64,000 bases of DNA from an uncultured Gammaproteobacteria bacterium. Its GTDB lineage: Bacteria > Patescibacteriota > Microgenomatia > Levybacterales > GWA1-39-11. Below, piece after piece: positions 10,431 through 21,415 of this stretch; the first letter of the stretch is position 1, and each line of letters opens with the position of its first letter. The translations under genes were made by a program, and so were the position numbers. Location: contig CAZHDZ010000001.1 of NCBI GenBank assembly GCA_964531275.1, positions 144,945 through 208,944 on the forward strand. Reading direction: 5' to 3'. The notes below the pieces were generated by a model. It worked only from the letters and a program-made list of their open reading frames with translations, was not told where the DNA came from and did no database searches.

Positions 10431-11662
10431 AAACCCAGCGCTTTTCGCTATCAAGCGTTATTTTGGCAGCACTCATTGTCCCCGTGATAATGACGTATCA
10501 AATTTTTCCAGGAGATACTAATTATATTCAATTTGGCCTTATTTTTGCCGGAATATTTTTGAACTTCCTAATCGACATAGTACCCTTTCAAGAAAAAAGA
10601 TACTATTTCATAAAGTATGTTTTATTCTGGACAATCCTTTTCCTTGCAGTAGGTGGGGCATTTATATCGGCAGTTATGGTGCGTCACAAGGTTGCACCTC
10701 TTTTTCAAATTCACGACATCATATTGCAACTTGAAGCTGCAATCCGTTTCTTTTTAGACGGAATTAACCCTTGGGCTGCAACGTATCACAACACTTTTAT
10801 GGCTCAATGGCACTATAGTGATACGGCTATTAATCCCGCACTCTATCATTTTGTAATGATGCCGTTTTATCTCCTTTTTTCACTACCTTTTTATTTTGTT
10901 TCTAACCACACAATTGGCTATTTTGATGGCCGTATTCCTCTATTTTTCCTATACCTGTCTCTTTGTATAAGTGCCTTTTACTTCATAAAGGACAAAGAGC
11001 AAAAGCTTATTGCGACAACTCTTCTTGCGCTAAATCCTGCAATGTTTGCATACACCTTAGAGGGTAGAAGCGATGTTTTTATGTTCGCATTTTTCTTCGT
11101 TGCCATGATTATGCTTTCAAGAAAGAATTTTCTACTGGCAGGTTTGCTTCTTGCACTTGCATTTACAGTGAAGCAGTCCATATGGCCATTTATTCCACTC
11201 TATATAGCCTATGTATATTTTGTTTCAGCAAGCCTACGATCTACAATAACAAGACTAAGTCCATTCTTTGTTTTATTCGCTATTCTGGTAGCCCCTTTTT
11301 TCCTATGGAATCCTAGCGCTTTTCTGAACAGTACGGTTTTTTACCTTTCAGGCAATACGCAACACAGCTACCCAATTTCCGGCTATGGATTAGGGATGGT
11401 TCTGTATCAACTTGGATTTATTAAAGATCTTAATGGGACGTATCCCTTTATCATATGGCAGGTACTATTTGTGGCTCCTCTCTTAGTCGTTCTCCTTCGC
11501 TTTTTAAAAAAACACCCACAAGTTAAAACACTCATATTTACTTATGGCATATTAGTTTTTGTTTATTGGTATACCTCACGTTACTTTAATAATAGTCATG
11601 TTGGTTATTTAACTATGGTATTTCTTACAGCGTATTTATGGCCAGATCGTCATGAAAAATAG
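10427..11662 (+). CDS. GT-C membrane glycosyltransferase (GT87/DUF2029-like)
   Basis: Polytopic. HDIILQLEAA...GINPW, EGRSDV, VKQSIW and APFFLWNP motifs as seen in GT87-like enzymes. Confidence 0.65.
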   Translation: MKTQRFSLSSVILAALIVPVIMTYQIFPGDTNYIQFGLIFAGIFLNFLIDIVPFQEKRYYFIKYVLFWTILFLAVGGAFISAVMVRHKVAPLFQIHDIILQLEAAIRFFLDGINPWAATYHNTFMAQWHYSDTAINPALYHFVMMPFYLLFSLPFYFVSNHTIGYFDGRIPLFFLYLSLCISAFYFIKDKEQKLIATTLLALNPAMFAYTLEGRSDVFMFAFFFVAMIMLSRKNFLLAGLLLALAFTVKQSIWPFIPLYIAYVYFVSASLRSTITRLSPFFVLFAILVAPFFLWNPSAFLNSTVFYLSGNTQHSYPISGYGLGMVLYQLGFIKDLNGTYPFIIWQVLFVAPLLVVLLRFLKKHPQVKTLIFTYGILVFVYWYTSRYFNNSHVGYLTMVFLTAYLWPDRHEK

Positions 11663-11664
11663 CC

Positions 11665-13644
11665 ATGCACAATTTACTCTCTTTTGAATTTATTTTCTTT
11701 TTTATTTATTCCTTCATTGCAATTTTTCTTGCTGTTTTTATACCTGGAGCCGTTACTCTTCGTATTTCTAAATTCAATCTACCTCCCATTGCGTCATTTG
11801 TCTCTTCAATTGTCGTTGGGACAGCTTTATGGGTGCTCATAGGATTTGTTCTTGGCTTTTTGAATATCCGTTTTTTAACGTACCCCTACATACTAGTTGC
11901 AGTACTGTACTGGTTAACTACAAATGGCAAACTGAAAAAACCAAAATTGCACCTAACAGCGCCCAAATATCTCATTATCGGCTTGATCATCGTCGGATCA
12001 CTAATGCAAATGTCTTTTGGGATATTTATGGGCGCAACCGATCCGAAAGGACTTTCCTTTTGTTGCATCGATGCTAGTGATAATTTATATTTTCTTTCTT
12101 TAAGCCGAGAACTTATTCACAATATCCCTCCAACTGAACCAGGATTGGCAGGCGTAGTAGTTAACAACTATCACTATTTGTCCAATGTATTTATCGCTGA
12201 TTTAAGTAGAATTTTTTTCATTCCAGTAAATATTTTGCAATACCAAGTCTCAGCGGTTTATCTTCCTATTCTTTTAGGGCTTGGTGTTCTAGCTTTTTCT
12301 TTAAGTATTACTAAAAAATTGCGTTATGCATTTTGGTTACTCTTTTTTATCTACTTTGGAGGGGACTTTATTTGGTTGCTTATGATAATTCTCCAAAAAG
12401 GAACTAACTTTTTCAGCATGAGCTCCCTTGAAGACGGTGCAAAATTCCTAAGTAATCCTCCTCGCTCTTTTGCAACTATACAATTATTTGGAGCACTTAC
12501 ATTATTCATGTATTGGCTTGTCAAAGATAGAAATATTAAAAAAGCGGTTGTTATTGGCATAGTATTTGGAACTCTTGTAGGGTTCAAGGTATATATCGGG
12601 ATATTTGCAATGATGGGTCTTGGAGCTCTCTCTATTTGGTGGATATTCAAGAAGGAATATTGGAGATTAATTCTTCCCTTTGTGTCTGTTATTGTTGTTA
12701 TGACAGTCTATTTACCGGTGAATGTTGGCGCAGGGGGGCTATATTTTACCTCGTTTTGGTTTTTTGAAAACTTTATTGTACAGCCATACCTTCAACTTGA
12801 AAGGTTAGAATTAGCTCGAAGAATATTTTTGGATGACAACAAGCAAGTTAAAGCCCTTGCTTTCGAATTGCTATATGTTGCTATTGTAGTATTCGCGTTA
12901 TTTGGAACTAAGTTGATAGGTTTTATCCAGTCAAGAAAAAGTATTAAATTATTACCCCTAGAGTTGCATATCCTACTTATTGCTGGAATTATTCCAAGTA
13001 TCATAGTCGGATTTTTCTTCCAACAAACCTCTGGAGGTTCTAACACCTTTAACTTTTTAGTAAATGTATTTGTTTTTGGGAGTATTTACACCGCAGCAAC
13101 TGCATTCTGGCTAACTTCTTATAGAAAAAGCTTCACAATATTTGTTGTAATTTTTATTGTGGGGCTTACTATTCCTAGGGTGGTTTTTGAAACAAAGCAA
13201 AATATTAAAAGACTTGCTACACACCAAGTAATGACATTTAGTCACAATCAACTGAATGCTTTTCAATTTCTTAAAAAACAAGAAAAGGGACTTGTAGTTG
13301 TAGATCATACTTATTTTGGGCTTGATAGGACAAGTCCACTTATCGCTTATTTTACAGAACAGCCAATGTTTTTATCTGGTATTCAAATCCTTGAGAGTCA
13401 TAATATTAAGGTAGGCAAGCGCTTAAGAGTTTATGAAACAATTCTTAATGGTTCAGATATAGCTTCAGCAAAAGCTTTAAAAAGTAATAATATTACGTAT
13501 CTTATTCTTGGCATAACAACCCAGCTTTCTGCAACCCACTCAGCTCAGTTCCTAGATACTATTTATAAAAATAGGGAAGTGAGAGTGCTTAAGGCCAACA
13601 GGCAAAAAATTGATATTATATTAAGTGATAGATCAATGAGATGA
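11665..13644 (+). CDS. Large polytopic membrane protein, probable GT-C
   Basis: 659 aa, about 13 TM. DASDNLYFLSL...PPTEPGLAG...NYHYLS loop, GFKVY, and a soluble C-terminal domain. Confidence 0.55.
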   Translation: MHNLLSFEFIFFFIYSFIAIFLAVFIPGAVTLRISKFNLPPIASFVSSIVVGTALWVLIGFVLGFLNIRFLTYPYILVAVLYWLTTNGKLKKPKLHLTAPKYLIIGLIIVGSLMQMSFGIFMGATDPKGLSFCCIDASDNLYFLSLSRELIHNIPPTEPGLAGVVVNNYHYLSNVFIADLSRIFFIPVNILQYQVSAVYLPILLGLGVLAFSLSITKKLRYAFWLLFFIYFGGDFIWLLMIILQKGTNFFSMSSLEDGAKFLSNPPRSFATIQLFGALTLFMYWLVKDRNIKKAVVIGIVFGTLVGFKVYIGIFAMMGLGALSIWWIFKKEYWRLILPFVSVIVVMTVYLPVNVGAGGLYFTSFWFFENFIVQPYLQLERLELARRIFLDDNKQVKALAFELLYVAIVVFALFGTKLIGFIQSRKSIKLLPLELHILLIAGIIPSIIVGFFFQQTSGGSNTFNFLVNVFVFGSIYTAATAFWLTSYRKSFTIFVVIFIVGLTIPRVVFETKQNIKRLATHQVMTFSHNQLNAFQFLKKQEKGLVVVDHTYFGLDRTSPLIAYFTEQPMFLSGIQILESHNIKVGKRLRVYETILNGSDIASAKALKSNNITYLILGITTQLSATHSAQFLDTIYKNREVRVLKANRQKIDIILSDRSMR

Positions 13645-15263
13645 AAAAATACATACGACACAAAACATTAATTCTTTTTGGAATTGTTCTTATAGCCGCT
13701 TTTTTCAGGTTGTTCAGTCTCTCTACTAACCCACCATCACTTACCTGGGATGAGGTTTCCTGGGGCTACAACGCATATTCGTTGGGGATTGATGGCCGTG
13801 ATGAATTTGGAAAATTCTTGCCCATAACATATCTTGAATCCTTTGGAGACTTTAAGCCTCCACTATACGCATATCTTGACATTCTGCCAGTCAAAATCCT
13901 GGGCATGAGCGAATTGGCAGTAAGATTGCCATCAGCTTTTGCTGGTATTTTGACTGTAGCCCTTACATACTTGCTTGTCGTTCAAATATTTGGCCGAGAA
14001 AAAGAGAAAGAAGCATTCGTAGCAGCTTTTATAGTTGCTATCTCGCCATGGCACATAATGCTTTCCCGAGCGGCTTTTGAAGCAAATGTTTCAACCGCTT
14101 TGATTGTATTGGGACTATACTTATTCTTAAAAAGCAAGAATGACAAGATCATACTGTTGCCCTTTTCAGTAGTTTCGTTCGTTGCTTCTTTGTACACATT
14201 TAATTCGGCTAGGGTGATAGTCCCAATTATAGTTATTGTTCTTGCAATTGTATTCTATAGATTTTTATTGAAAAATTTAGTAATTGCATGTGTTTCCGCA
14301 TTGCTTGGTTTCTTACTTTTTCTCCCTCTTTTTATATTCCTTCAGTCTCCTCAGGCAAAATTGCGTTTTGATGAAGTGAATATTTTTTCAGATATTAACG
14401 TTATTAATAGAACAAATCAAGAGATTGCAAATGACGATAACTCAGCATTTTCAAAGGTGATTCACAATAGAAGATTTGCTTATGGAGTAGAATACTTAGG
14501 CCATTATTTTGACAATCTCACTCCAAAATTTCTTTTCTTTAGCGGGGATGGAAATCCTAAATTTTCAATTCAGGACGTGGGGCAGGTTTATTTATGGGAA
14601 GCTCCTTTTCTGCTCCTTGGAGTCTTGTTATTATTTAGACAAAGGCGAAAGTACTGGTGGATAGTTCCCTTCATGATTGTAGTGGCAATTGTTCCCGCAG
14701 GATTTGCTCGCGAAACACCACACGCGTTAAGGACGGAAAGTGTAGTCCCTTTTTTACAAATAGTAACAGCAATCGGTGTTTGTGCCTTTATAGATTGGTT
14801 TAGAGGAAAAATACAAATCTTTTCAAAAGTATGCCTAACTCTTGTTATATTTATTTCCCTAATGTACTTTGCTCACAATCTTTTCTTCCATTACCCAAAA
14901 GAATATTCGGGTGAATGGCAATATGGATATAAAGAGTCTTTGGAGTATGTGAAAGGTCAACAAAATAATTACCAAAAGGTATATATAACAGAAGCTTTGG
15001 GTAGGCCGTATGTTTATGCACTTTTTTACTTAAAATATAGTCCACAAAAATTTCGCCAAGAAGCAAATATTTACAGAGAGGCATTAGGTTTTGTCCATGT
15101 AAGAAGTTTTTCGAATATTTATTTTGAAGAAGAGATTGAGAAGGTAAATACACAGAATTCTCTTTATCTTGCACAACCAGACAGTGTCCCTGTAAGTGGT
15201 AAAATTCTTAAAGAATTCAAATTATTAAATGGCAAGACTATACTTGTTGCCTACTCTTTATGA
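13641..15263 (+). CDS. PMT/ArnT-like (GT39/GT83) GT-C glycosyltransferase
   Basis: LTWDEVSWGYNAYSL..GRDEFG, DFKPPLY, VRLPSA, ISPWHIMLSR..FE and PHALR motifs. Confidence 0.85.
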   Translation: MKKYIRHKTLILFGIVLIAAFFRLFSLSTNPPSLTWDEVSWGYNAYSLGIDGRDEFGKFLPITYLESFGDFKPPLYAYLDILPVKILGMSELAVRLPSAFAGILTVALTYLLVVQIFGREKEKEAFVAAFIVAISPWHIMLSRAAFEANVSTALIVLGLYLFLKSKNDKIILLPFSVVSFVASLYTFNSARVIVPIIVIVLAIVFYRFLLKNLVIACVSALLGFLLFLPLFIFLQSPQAKLRFDEVNIFSDINVINRTNQEIANDDNSAFSKVIHNRRFAYGVEYLGHYFDNLTPKFLFFSGDGNPKFSIQDVGQVYLWEAPFLLLGVLLLFRQRRKYWWIVPFMIVVAIVPAGFARETPHALRTESVVPFLQIVTAIGVCAFIDWFRGKIQIFSKVCLTLVIFISLMYFAHNLFFHYPKEYSGEWQYGYKESLEYVKGQQNNYQKVYITEALGRPYVYALFYLKYSPQKFRQEANIYREALGFVHVRSFSNIYFEEEIEKVNTQNSLYLAQPDSVPVSGKILKEFKLLNGKTILVAYSL

Positions 15264-16945
15264 TTATAAAATTTTTACAAAAACCTTTATTTATACTTTT
15301 TATAATTCTTGCCCTAGCAAGTTTTTTGCGACTATATGACCTGGGGCGCACTCCTGCAAGTCTTAACTGGGATGAAGTTGCTCTTGGGTATAACGCGAAG
15401 TCAATTCTTGAGACCGGAAAAGATGAATATGGAGAATTATTACCAGTAGTATTGAGATCCTATGATGACTACAAACCTGCACTCTATTCATACTTTGACA
15501 TACCATTTGTAGGAGTTCTTGGCTTAACGGAGGTTGCAGTAAGACTGCCTTCAGCAATTGCCGGAATAATAGCGGTTTTTCTCGTATATTTTGTAGTCAA
15601 GCAGCTTTTAGGTGAGAAGAGAATAGTCATTGGTACTATTGAGATAAATTCCTACTGGGTTGCGCTTTTAGCTTCATTCCTGCTTGCTATTTCACCGTGG
15701 CACATTCAGTTTAGTCGAATTGCATTCGAGTCAAATGTAGGTCTTACGCTAAATATAGCTGCCTTTTACCTCTTCTTAAAAGGCTTAAAGAAAGGTATAT
15801 ATCTTCCCTTCTCTTTTGCTCTTGCGGCTTTAAATTTACATATGTATCAAAGCGATAGAGTTTTTTCTCCATTGTTAATAATCGTACTGTCGATCATTTT
15901 TTATAAAACAATATTTAAGAAAAAGAAGATGTTAGTTGTCTCTCTTCTTGCAGCATTTGTAATAGCTCTACCGCTTATTTTCTACATACTAACAAACAGT
16001 AATGCTTTGATGAGGGCAAAGGGAGTAAGTGTTTTTTCAGAACAGTCAGTTGTAAAAAGATCCTCAGAAAAACTCTTGAGAGATTCCCAATCAAATAATG
16101 TCCTTGGGAAAGTCTTTGACAACAGACGCGTTGAATACATCAAAGCAGTCTCATACGGATATTTATCGCATTTTGATCTCAATTGGTTATTTATAACTGG
16201 AGATATAGCACGTCACCACGCCCCATTTATGGGGCTTTTGTATATTTTTGAATTTCCTTTGCTTCTTATTGGTGTATATACGTTAATTTTCTTAAAAATT
16301 GAAAAAAAATATAAGGCAGCCTTTTTTGCTTATTTTTTGTTAGTTCCTATTCCAGCGTCAATAACTAGTGGTGTGCCTCATGCAGTGAGGACATTAAATT
16401 ATGTATGGACTTATGAGTTAATGATCGCATTAGGTATTGTTGCATGTATAGTATTTATTCTCACTCAAAAACAAAAAATAATTCGGCATTCCCTAGTCGC
16501 TCTATCCTTTTTGTTTTGCGTTCTGGCGGTGTTAAATGTTCTTTATTATTTAAATCAATACTTTGTTCAGTTGGATTATTATTATGCTAGGGATTGGCTT
16601 TATGGATATAAGCAGGCAATTGCCTATACAGAAGAAAATGCAGGCAAGTATGACAAGATCATTGTCGAAAATGAAACCCCTTTCGACCAATCATATATGT
16701 TCTTTCTTTTTTACTTAAATATGGATCCTGGTGAATATCAAAAGCTCGGAGGAACCGCAAGCGGCGGATGGAAAGAAAAGCATAAAGGTTTTGGTAAATA
16801 TACCTTTGAACCCATCAAAGACGCAAAATATGACGGGAAAGTTTTGTATATAGGGGAGCCTTCTGATATGCCAAATGGCTCAAAGATTAAAAAGAATATA
16901 TTGCTTCCTGATGGTTCAGTTGGGGTTACTATATCTGAATCATGA
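15260..16945 (+). CDS. PMT/ArnT-like GT-C glycosyltransferase (paralog of 13641)
   Basis: LNWDEVALGYNAKSI..GKDEYG, DYKPALY, VRLPSA, ISPWHIQFSRIAFE and PHAVR motifs. Confidence 0.85.
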   Translation: MIIKFLQKPLFILFIILALASFLRLYDLGRTPASLNWDEVALGYNAKSILETGKDEYGELLPVVLRSYDDYKPALYSYFDIPFVGVLGLTEVAVRLPSAIAGIIAVFLVYFVVKQLLGEKRIVIGTIEINSYWVALLASFLLAISPWHIQFSRIAFESNVGLTLNIAAFYLFLKGLKKGIYLPFSFALAALNLHMYQSDRVFSPLLIIVLSIIFYKTIFKKKKMLVVSLLAAFVIALPLIFYILTNSNALMRAKGVSVFSEQSVVKRSSEKLLRDSQSNNVLGKVFDNRRVEYIKAVSYGYLSHFDLNWLFITGDIARHHAPFMGLLYIFEFPLLLIGVYTLIFLKIEKKYKAAFFAYFLLVPIPASITSGVPHAVRTLNYVWTYELMIALGIVACIVFILTQKQKIIRHSLVALSFLFCVLAVLNVLYYLNQYFVQLDYYYARDWLYGYKQAIAYTEENAGKYDKIIVENETPFDQSYMFFLFYLNMDPGEYQKLGGTASGGWKEKHKGFGKYTFEPIKDAKYDGKVLYIGEPSDMPNGSKIKKNILLPDGSVGVTISES

Positions 16946-18471
16946 ATAAAAAACTGACAAAGCTTATTATTCCCATTGCTCTAGGTCTCTTAATACTTCT
17001 TGGGATTTTTTCAAGGAGCGTAGAAGTTATTAATGGAAATTATATCTTCGGTTTTGATCACGGAAGGGATTATCTCCTGGCACGGGAAATAGCACACGAT
17101 CATAACCTTCGTCTGATTGGAACTCCTTTGGGGGCAGGTAGCGCGGGTATACAGGGTATTTTTCATGGACCGGGATACTATTACATTCTTGCGATATTCT
17201 ATATTCTGTTTGGCGCAGATCCATACGGTGGTGTTGTGGCGATGTTATTATTCGGCGTCGCGGCAATAATTGCTAGCTACTTATTAGGGAAAAGGCTATT
17301 TGGAAGTCTAGGTGGGTTATTGGTTGCAACTTTCATTGCTTTGTCTCCGCCGCTCATTTCTCAGTCTAGGTCTATTTGGAATTCACACCCAACGACTGTT
17401 TTTATTGTTCTTACCTTTTTATTCATATACGCGTCTCTAAAGGACAATAAGCATAGAGCCTTGTATGCATTTCTTGCAGCCTTCTTTGCTGGATTTACTT
17501 ATAATTTTGAGTTTGCTGTGGGAATACCTCTGACAATTGCTCTTCTTTTGTATTCAATTTTCATGTACAAAACCAAACTTATAAAATATTTGCCTATAGT
17601 AGGGGGGAGCATCATTGCCTATGCACCTATGGTTATTTTTGAAATAAAACATAAGTTCATGGCAATAAGTGGATTGTTGTCTTATTTAGGGAATCCACAA
17701 AAGAGCAAAAGTGAGCTTTCATTCGTTGAAAATAACATCGATCACGCACACTCATTCCTTTTTAATTTTGTAGACTCTTTTCCTAGGCAATCTACATTTC
17801 CTGGTCCAATAATTCTAGCTGTTTTTATTCTCGGATTTATTTTAGTGATACGAAGAGAAAAGAATAAGGATCTGAAAAGCTTTTTTATCTTTTTGGCGAG
17901 CTTGCCGTTGGTTTCTTTTGCAATATTTTCTCTATTGAGAAATGCTGTCTACCATTATTATTTGGTTCATCTTAACGTAGCCTATATACTTCTTGCTGTT
18001 TTTATCATTTTTGGATGTTTTCGAAATTTTAAAAATAAGTTTGTACAGATTGCTATTGTTGTTATTCTAGTCTTTTTTGGGCTTAATGCAGTTGGAACAT
18101 ATACAAAAATGATTTCATACGATTTGTATGATTACGGTGGAGACGCAAAAATACAAGGAAAACTCGACGCAATTAATTACGTATACAATGATGCAGAATC
18201 TAATGATTTTGGGGTTTTAGTATTCTCACCACCGGTTTATATATATCCATACGAATATTTATTCTTGTGGAAAGGTAAAAGTCAGTATGGTTATATGCCA
18301 CCGTTTGAAAAAAAGAAGATAACATATCTCATTATTGAGGTTGACCCGGCAAAGCCCTGGTCATATAAAGGATGGCTTGAAACTGTTATAAAGGATGGGA
18401 AGGTGTTACAGACTACTACGAGAAAAAGCGGTTTAATCATCCAAAAAAGATATTATGAAGAAAAAAACTAA
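16942..18471 (+). CDS. ArnT/PMT-like GT-C glycosyltransferase
   Basis: FGFDHGRDYL after TM1; LIGTP...FHGPGYYY; SPPLISQSRSIWNSH; polytopic. Confidence 0.75.
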   Translation: MNKKLTKLIIPIALGLLILLGIFSRSVEVINGNYIFGFDHGRDYLLAREIAHDHNLRLIGTPLGAGSAGIQGIFHGPGYYYILAIFYILFGADPYGGVVAMLLFGVAAIIASYLLGKRLFGSLGGLLVATFIALSPPLISQSRSIWNSHPTTVFIVLTFLFIYASLKDNKHRALYAFLAAFFAGFTYNFEFAVGIPLTIALLLYSIFMYKTKLIKYLPIVGGSIIAYAPMVIFEIKHKFMAISGLLSYLGNPQKSKSELSFVENNIDHAHSFLFNFVDSFPRQSTFPGPIILAVFILGFILVIRREKNKDLKSFFIFLASLPLVSFAIFSLLRNAVYHYYLVHLNVAYILLAVFIIFGCFRNFKNKFVQIAIVVILVFFGLNAVGTYTKMISYDLYDYGGDAKIQGKLDAINYVYNDAESNDFGVLVFSPPVYIYPYEYLFLWKGKSQYGYMPPFEKKKITYLIIEVDPAKPWSYKGWLETVIKDGKVLQTTTRKSGLIIQKRYYEEKN

Positions 18472-19732
18472 TAATATGATTAATAGATTATTCTCAAGTA
18501 GGATTTACCTCATCTTTTTTGCGTTACTTCTTACGGTACTGATAGTAACACGTTTTATAATGCCTGAATCAAAGAGTGGATTTGGATACGATCAGGTTGA
18601 TAACGCTTGGGCTGCAAAAGATATATTAATTGACGGAAAATTACCTCTTACTGGAATGCAGGCTAAAGGTAATACCGGATTCTATATTGGACCTCTTTAT
18701 TACTATTTCCTAGTTCCTTTTTACTTTCTAACTGGAATGGACCCGATTGCTTCGGCAATCGCAGCCCTAGTTGTTGCGATTTTTTCATTTTTTGTTGCTT
18801 ACTTTGTAACCAAAAGTATATTTGGCGAGAAAGCAGCTGTAATTGCAGCTTTTATTACAACATTTTCTTCCTACGTTTTGATTTTAGATCGTGTCCAGTG
18901 GCCGGTTAATTTTATTGTTCCGATATCATTTATTGTCTTTTTATGTGTTTATAAGATTTGCAATGGTAGTGTGAAGTATTTAATTCCGCTTTCAGTAGCG
19001 CTTGGATTTTCTCTTCATATTCATTTCACGTCTGTTTTCTATTTTATAATAATGATTCTTGCTATTCCTTTTTTTCCGCGAAAAAAAGAGCTAATAAAAC
19101 CATTAGTTATATCAATTGGAGTATTCATTCTTTTTGTCTCCCCAATTATTCTTAATTATGCTATTACGCGGCAGGCCACTACTGCATCTTCTTATTTAGG
19201 AAGTACTTTTCATGGTTTTCATATGCGGAGAGTGTTGCAGCTTCTGAAAGATGCTGTTATAGAATTTAATTCGATATTAACAATTCCTTATTCTCATTTT
19301 GCATCTTTTCTAATAGTTCCTCTATCTTTTTACCTTCTTCTTAAGGAAAAGTTATCACGAGAGAACATTATCTTGGTTTATTTATTTATACTTTGGTTAA
19401 TCATTCCATGGTTCGCTTTTTCTACATACTCCGGCGAGTTGACAAACTATTATTTTGCTCTCACAAGACCAGTCGCGATTTTAATAATTTCATATCTTTT
19501 TATGAGGCTGATTAATACTAGGAAAAACTACATATATGTTATTCTTGGAGTTGTGGCTATAGCATACATATATATAAATTTAGGTATCTTTAATGATCAA
19601 AGGCCGCAAAGTTTGTCAATGTATAGAAAGATTGTTAGTGACAAAATCTCAAGAGGGGAGAAAATTGAATTTGTTCAAGGAGACCCTCAATCTTACTTAT
19701 ATTATTTCTATACTACGATACAGAAGCAATAA
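18455..19732 (+). CDS. ArnT/PMT-like GT-C glycosyltransferase
   Basis: FGYDQVDNAW, LPLTG...YIGPLYYYFLVP, DRVQWPV and HIHFT motifs; same subfamily as 16942. Confidence 0.75.
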   Translation: MKKKTNNMINRLFSSRIYLIFFALLLTVLIVTRFIMPESKSGFGYDQVDNAWAAKDILIDGKLPLTGMQAKGNTGFYIGPLYYYFLVPFYFLTGMDPIASAIAALVVAIFSFFVAYFVTKSIFGEKAAVIAAFITTFSSYVLILDRVQWPVNFIVPISFIVFLCVYKICNGSVKYLIPLSVALGFSLHIHFTSVFYFIIMILAIPFFPRKKELIKPLVISIGVFILFVSPIILNYAITRQATTASSYLGSTFHGFHMRRVLQLLKDAVIEFNSILTIPYSHFASFLIVPLSFYLLLKEKLSRENIILVYLFILWLIIPWFAFSTYSGELTNYYFALTRPVAILIISYLFMRLINTRKNYIYVILGVVAIAYIYINLGIFNDQRPQSLSMYRKIVSDKISRGEKIEFVQGDPQSYLYYFYTTIQKQ

Positions 19733-19746
19733 ATGTATATCTAAAG

Positions 19747-21387
19747 ATGTATAAAAAAACTGTCATATTTTTTTTGTTCCTTATTATTGCACTTGGGTTT
19801 TTCTTTAGAGTGTATAAGATCAATGAAATACCACCTCATCCATCTTTAGATGAGGCAACAATAGGTTATAACGCTTATTCAATACTAATTACTGGTAAAG
19901 ATGAATTCAAAACTCCCTTTCCCATATTGCTAAGAGCATATGACGATTACAGACCTGCCTTATACGTATATTTAGTTATTCCGTTTGTAAAAATATTAGG
20001 TCTTACAGTTGAGGCCGTTCGGTTGCCATCAGTGATTTTGTCGACAATTTCACTCCTTTCTTTCTATATTGTCGCTCGTAGAATTTTTAAGAAATTGGGT
20101 GTGGTGCGACCTGAGGCACTCTCGCTTCTACCAGTCTTTCTTATGAGCATTTCACCTTGGCACATCTATATTTCTCGACTGGGCCATGAGGTAAATGCCT
20201 TTCAAGCATTCTTTATTATTGGCCTAGGATTCTTTTTGAATTCTATTAAGAAAGAAACCGTTAACTTGAAGCATTTAATTTTTGCAGCAATTTTTCTTGG
20301 ATTGTCATTTGATGCCTATCAAAGTGGGAAAGTGTTTATTCCATTATTCCTTCTGCTTTTATTTATTTGGTACTTCAATTTGATTAAGAAGAATTGGAAA
20401 AAATTTGCATTAGCATCTGCAATAGGATTCGTGGTTATTCTGCCAATTCTCGTAGTTTCGTTTCAGCCTGAAGCTCTAATTCGTTTTAAGGCCACCAGCG
20501 TCTTTAATGTTCCTTTCGAGGTTGGTTACGAAAATGCCCAAAAACTGGTGGAATTTAGGAAAAATAATGACTACCTCAATATAGTTCTTTTTAATAGGAA
20601 TGTAGTACCCATAACTAATTTTATAAAATCTTTTCTCTCGCATTTTTCTTATGATTTCTTATACCGAAGCGTGGAAAATGCACAATTTAGAATTCCTGGC
20701 TTTGGACTTTTATATTTATTAGAGTTACCATTGCTTATTGGAGGTATTTTACTATTTGTCGTAAAGAGAAAATGGAAATGGATGTTGTTTCTTTTTCTTT
20801 GGTACGTAATTGGAATCCTTCCAAGCGCTTTGACTACGGACGCCCCCCAGCCTATGAGGGCGTTTGCCGCAATTGGCGCGGTTATGCTTCTTGCAGGTGC
20901 TAGTCTGGGACTTGTTAAGCGCTATACAAAAAAGAACAAGGTCTTTATGGTGGGATTGGCCTCTTTTTTCTGCTTGATTGCAACAATTAGTATTTCTCAG
21001 TTCTATATTTCTTATTTCAATGTTTTCCCTAAAAAATATTCAAACCAATTCCAATACGGAGTCATACAGTCGTTTGAATATCTAGATAGCCTTAATAAGC
21101 GACCCGCAAAAATTTACGTATCAAATACAAGAAATCTTGCTGCGAGTTATATGTTCTATCTTTTCTATAAAAAATATGACCCTATCAAGTATCAGAAAGA
21201 AGGGGGCTCGGTTTCGGGTTGGTTCAACTATGATCATAAGATTGATAACCTTTATTTTACAAATCCAGCCAACACACAAGAAGGTGCCCTATTGGTTGTA
21301 TCTTCAGGCGAATACACGTCAGGTAGAGTGTTGGCCGAAATCAAGGATTTAGACGGTAATACAGCTATACAAATTGTCGAGAAGTAG
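19747..21387 (+). CDS. PMT/ArnT-like GT-C glycosyltransferase (paralog of 13641 and 15260)
   Basis: SLDEATIGYNAYSILITGKDEF, DYRPALY, VRLPS and ISPWHIYISRLGHE motifs. Confidence 0.85.
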   Translation: MYKKTVIFFLFLIIALGFFFRVYKINEIPPHPSLDEATIGYNAYSILITGKDEFKTPFPILLRAYDDYRPALYVYLVIPFVKILGLTVEAVRLPSVILSTISLLSFYIVARRIFKKLGVVRPEALSLLPVFLMSISPWHIYISRLGHEVNAFQAFFIIGLGFFLNSIKKETVNLKHLIFAAIFLGLSFDAYQSGKVFIPLFLLLLFIWYFNLIKKNWKKFALASAIGFVVILPILVVSFQPEALIRFKATSVFNVPFEVGYENAQKLVEFRKNNDYLNIVLFNRNVVPITNFIKSFLSHFSYDFLYRSVENAQFRIPGFGLLYLLELPLLIGGILLFVVKRKWKWMLFLFLWYVIGILPSALTTDAPQPMRAFAAIGAVMLLAGASLGLVKRYTKKNKVFMVGLASFFCLIATISISQFYISYFNVFPKKYSNQFQYGVIQSFEYLDSLNKRPAKIYVSNTRNLAASYMFYLFYKKYDPIKYQKEGGSVSGWFNYDHKIDNLYFTNPANTQEGALLVVSSGEYTSGRVLAEIKDLDGNTAIQIVEK

Positions 21388-21401
21388 AAATTATTCTTGG
21401 T

Positions 21402-21407
21402 TATAAT
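21402..21407 (+). promoter_or_regulatory. Candidate -10 box for a leaderless transcript
   Basis: TATAAT 8 nt before the ATG at 21416; no SD motif and no clear -35. Confidence 0.4.
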
Positions 21408-21415
21408 GTATATAT

